NCBI GenBank assembly: GCA_964016885.1
Contig: OZ024753.1
Span: 18,600,001-18,664,000, forward strand
Length of the DNA: 64,000 bases
Direction: 5' to 3'
Source of the DNA: Eledone cirrhosa
Lineage: Eukaryota
Within the stretch, counting starts at the first letter, position 1. Each line of letters opens with the position of its first letter. This document shows positions 59,857 through 64,000 of the stretch, in pieces. The position numbers and the translations under genes are program-made. The notes beneath the pieces are model-generated. The model worked only from the letters and a program-made list of their open reading frames with translations, was not told the origin of the DNA and did no database searches.

Positions 59857-62298
59857 TTAATTAGGTTTATAATATTTAAATGTTTTTTTTAGTTTATGAT
59901 TACACGATATAATTAATTCCTGTCGTTTATTTAATAAGATATCCTTAGACTTCATTATTTCAAATAGTTCTTGGGAACATAATCTACATTCCTTTCTATT
60001 ATTTTGATAAGGGGTGGCTCTTTTGAGCACACTCCAGGTCAAATCATATTTTATATTCTTATTTTTATAACTATTGATTTTTTCTGCTAGAGATGTTGTA
60101 TTAGCCAGTGCGGCATTTTTAAAACTATGCTTGTGGGTATTAAACCTTGTCTTAAAATTGTTAGAGGTAGCTCCTATATATGAGCAAATAGAATCTTTAG
60201 TTTTAACATTACATTTATAGACTATGTTGTTAACAAGACAATTCCCTTTTAATGGGCAGTTTGTTTTGTTTCTACAGTTACATCCTTTCGTTAATTCTGT
60301 ATTTGAGGAGATATTATTGTTAATTTGATGTACTGGTGGTATACTTATGGTTTTCTTACATTTATATGCATTATATGCACTTATATTTTGTTTTATGTTA
60401 TTTGTTGTAGAGTATGAGAATTTAACTGTAGACCTATTTAAGATTTGATGGTATTTGTGGTTTGGCGGGAAGTTTTTCTCAAGGATATAAAAAAATTTTT
60501 TAGCAATATTATCCTTAACTTGTAAATTAAAAGGAGCATTATACCAAGTAACTCGTCTATTACGGTTTCTATGTTGTTTATTATTTTTATTATTTTTATA
60601 GGTTGTATCATGATTTTTACTAGGAGGATTAATGTTAATGATCTCACCACAACTATTTTTAGTTATATTTGTAGATTTAGGTGTTTTATCTTTTTTATTA
60701 GGAGTTTTATTATTAATATTTATTATAGTTGTATGATGAGTAGTTTTTTGAGGGTTACTATACTTTATATTAGAAGATTTAGTATTTTGGGGTATATTGT
60801 GGGTGGCATTTAGGTGTGTACTTTTCATTTGTTGTTTGTTGGTAATATTATGCTGTATGCTTTCAGTATTTTTAGTAGAAGGTATATACTCTAATCTATT
60901 TTTGTGGCCACTTCTATCTAGAGCTTCATTATAAAAGGTCGCATTTTTATCAAATACATCTTGGTTAGAAGAAAGGTTAGAAATTCTAAGTGATATATTA
61001 TATGCAAGGTTTTTAAGGATAGATTTAGGGTGATTAGATTGTGAGTGTATGTAATGTAAGTTTTGGTTAGGTTTATGGTAAGGTTGGTATATACCCGTAG
61101 CTAAATCTAAAGTTATATCTAGGAAATTTACTACTTTACTTGTTTTTTCAAAAGTAATATTAAGATTATAATAGTCTTTAAGGAAAGTTCTAATATGTTT
61201 TTTGTTTTTTTCGATTTCTGAAAGGCTAAGGTTGTTAGAAAGAAGAAGACAGTCATCACGATATAAACCACCTTTGAGGTGGGGAAAAGAGGCATTTATG
61301 TTGAAAAGGAGAAAGAGGCCCACAAGATCAGTAATTTGGGCGGAATCGCTTGAACCCATAGTAATATCAAAAAGATTACTGTATGTGTTTCTGGTCCAGT
61401 ATTCATTCTGAAATTCAATAAGTGTTAGTCTAGCATGTGTAATAATGTTAATGTCATCCGAAGTTAAATTAGATCTATTTTTAGCAAATATTAATGCTTT
61501 GTTCAGGAGTATAGGTGATATAGAAGAATAGTAATTATCTATATCAAATTGTAGGAAAGAAGCAGAAGATTTACACCTAATATTTTTAAACCAGTTAATT
61601 ACCTGGGAGGTGTTTTCCCAGAGTGGTAAAATAACGTGTTTTCTTATTTGTGGGATGACTCTATCTAAAATTTTTTTGCTAATTATTCCAATATCTGATT
61701 TGGAGGGACATATAAGTCTAATAGAAGGATTAGAGTTAAAGTTAGATTTGTGATCTTTCAGGTTGAAGTGTGGTCTTTTCAATGCCAAAGGTTCAGTTCT
61801 ATCTTCAATGTTTAGTTTTTTTACTATGCTGTGTGTTTTGTTGTTGATGTTGGTGAGTGACACATTATTAGATTTTTTATAATTTTTTCTGAGTTCTTTA
61901 TATATGAACTCATTATAATGTTCAATATCCATATGATACAAGTTACCAGTTTTGTCCGAGTGGACATGGATTTTTTTAGACTTTTTTAGGTCCAATAGGG
62001 TAGAATCAAGGTCCTTTTGAAAGACGGATTTATACTTTTTAAATTTGAGGTGTTTAATTAAATTAAAAAGGTCTTTCTCGAAGTCTTCAAGTAAAAAGTT
62101 GTGTGGTGGATTCTTGTAAGTATTGAAATCATACATATACTTCCGATCTGCTTGTTTAGATTTTCTATCGAAGTGGTAGGCTCTCCATCTAACCCTTCTG
62201 ATAAAATTATTAGTTTTCTGAATCATAAGGAGTAAGAAGTCGTCCTTAGAAGGTGTTGGTATGTTTTTTAAGGAGGTTCCTAAATATTGTTTTTCCAT
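59857..62298 (-). CDS. Penelope-like RT + GIY-YIG endonuclease polyprotein, 813 aa from first ATG (probably Naiad-type)
   Basis: Uninterrupted ORF: SLKNIP, RVRWRA, SDKTGN, QFDIDNYY, MGSSDSAQITDLVG, YRDD, FLD, SNHP, WYNAPF, CNC.....CPLKGNC, IVY..YIG, CRLC, CNH. Clade assignment is from memory of motifs, not a tree. Confidence 0.93.
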   Translation of the reverse strand: MEKQYLGTSLKNIPTPSKDDFLLLMIQKTNNFIRRVRWRAYHFDRKSKQADRKYMYDFNTYKNPPHNFLLEDFEKDLFNLIKHLKFKKYKSVFQKDLDSTLLDLKKSKKIHVHSDKTGNLYHMDIEHYNEFIYKELRKNYKKSNNVSLTNINNKTHSIVKKLNIEDRTEPLALKRPHFNLKDHKSNFNSNPSIRLICPSKSDIGIISKKILDRVIPQIRKHVILPLWENTSQVINWFKNIRCKSSASFLQFDIDNYYSSISPILLNKALIFAKNRSNLTSDDINIITHARLTLIEFQNEYWTRNTYSNLFDITMGSSDSAQITDLVGLFLLFNINASFPHLKGGLYRDDCLLLSNNLSLSEIEKNKKHIRTFLKDYYNLNITFEKTSKVVNFLDITLDLATGIYQPYHKPNQNLHYIHSQSNHPKSILKNLAYNISLRISNLSSNQDVFDKNATFYNEALDRSGHKNRLEYIPSTKNTESIQHNITNKQQMKSTHLNATHNIPQNTKSSNIKYSNPQKTTHHTTIININNKTPNKKDKTPKSTNITKNSCGEIININPPSKNHDTTYKNNKNNKQHRNRNRRVTWYNAPFNLQVKDNIAKKFFYILEKNFPPNHKYHQILNRSTVKFSYSTTNNIKQNISAYNAYKCKKTISIPPVHQINNNISSNTELTKGCNCRNKTNCPLKGNCLVNNIVYKCNVKTKDSICSYIGATSNNFKTRFNTHKHSFKNAALANTTSLAEKINSYKNKNIKYDLTWSVLKRATPYQNNRKECRLCSQELFEIMKSKDILLNKRQELIISCNHKLKKTFKYYKPN

Positions 62299-63624
62299 TG
62301 TGATATGGATGATGGACAATTGAAAGAGCTCAACTAAATGTATATGGGTTTACAAAATCATACATATATATATGTTTATACATAAATATAAAATTAATAC
62401 ACACATACAGTACAAAAATACGAATATTTCCGTGAAAATAGGAGCAAAATTATGTAGATAAATCTACCAAGAGTTTACGGTAGTGTCCAATCCGTATGAA
62501 GAACTCAATGTATTCCGGATATCATGGAAAGAAGAGATGTAATGAAAATCCACTTTCGGTGAAAGATAAACTGTATACAGAGTCAAGATAAAATATTAAA
62601 CAAATAATGAATAAACAATTCCTTATATTAAACAAAAAAAGTTCATTATTTAACGATCGTTTCTAGGGTATATATGTGTTATAATTGGTATGCATATTCA
62701 ACAGATCTATGTACAAAATTATACAAAATTATACAAATTATCAAGATTAAATATACATACCTAACACATATATACGCCGTCTTCAGAAATAATGAAGTAT
62801 ATTTATTGATAATAACAACAATTCAAAATATCAGTTCAAAATTGACCAATGAAAACACAAAGGGTTAAAAGCAGTTCGGTGTGTGTATATACATGTAAAA
62901 TCCTTACACATATTTTACAAAAATGTGTGTATAATTTGTATACGCATACTAAAAAGATGGATGCAAACACAAAATTTCAAGGTTAATATCTCTGTAAGCT
63001 TAATGCGCTGATAAGATGCGCATTGATACTTATGGAGTCAAGCATATAAATATATTTTTTCATACTCACACATATCAGTATAATCACACATACATGCGCG
63101 TATATGCATAAATATACACATAACCACGAACATACAAACACACACACTCCCCCACTCACATTTATATATGTGGATATAAAATCATAAGCACATAGAAACT
63201 AAATCACTCACATAAAACACTGGCACACACATTTCAAGATCAAGATACAGAAATTAGGTGGGAGGGGGGGGAGGGGTCAGTATTCAATTGTCTGAGCAGA
63301 CTGCCTAATATAAATGTATCTATAAATTAAGAAAAATAAAAAAATAAAAAAATAAAACAATAAAATATAATGAATATAATATAATATACATACACATACA
63401 GATATATATACACACATACATACATGTACGCGCACATAGAGATATTTACGCATACACACATACACACATACATATACAGTCATACACACACTTACACTTA
63501 CACGAACATACACATACACATATAAAAAGATATATATATACACACACACACGCGCAACACATACACACATACACATATATATAAAAAATAGAAAATAAAG
63601 ATATATATCCATATATATATATAT

Positions 63625-63681
<57 letters not shown>

Positions 63682-63767
63682 TATATACATATACATACAC
63701 ATACATCTAAATATACATACACATACATACACACATACATGTACATACATGTACATACATATACGCA

Positions 63768-63814
<47 letters not shown>

Positions 63815-64000
63815 TCACATAGACATATAGATACATACACACACAACTTACATACACACGTATATATATATATATAGATGTACCTTCATACATAGAATTA
63901 GATATATAATCATACATACATATGCACCTACTTATACTCATATATATAAATACATACGCTTCCATATATGTGTATATACATAAAAAACAATACAACCTCA

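Larger units (their letters stand above)
56020..64000 (-). mobile_element. PLE with intact ORF, ~3.8-kb 3' UTR and upstream direct repeat (pseudo-LTR 62590-64000 = 56020-57432)
   Basis: Near-identical direct repeat at offset ~6570, the partial-tandem arrangement typical of PLEs. Confidence 0.93.

Overview
AT-rich eukaryotic, repeat-only DNA with no recognisable host gene. The tRNA-derived SINEs and the huge (TA)n arrays suggest an octopus/cephalopod genome (inference). The window is a mosaic of retroelements, almost all bordered by (TA)n: at least six Penelope-like element (PLE; RT + GIY-YIG) insertions, one with an intact 813-aa ORF (59857-62298); a decayed Gypsy LTR element; two inverted copies of a CR1-group LINE; SINEs; and many short non-coding elements. 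Two things stand out. (1) About ten distinct sequence families carry minimal hammerhead-ribozyme motifs, some intact and some degenerate. They include retrozyme-like tandem repeats and hammerheads with very long stem II. Most share a 'tail-containing inverted piece + sense body' architecture. (2) Two retro-copies carry dense, strand-specific A-to-G changes resembling ADAR hyper-editing written back into DNA. One is a 175-bp fold-back at 5676-6032, where 42 of 43 arm mismatches are G.U pairs on one strand. The other is about 1.6 kb of the LINE copy at 44.8-46.4 kb. Nearly all poly-YI/YT ORFs in the track are microsatellite artefacts. All alignments and counts were done by eye.
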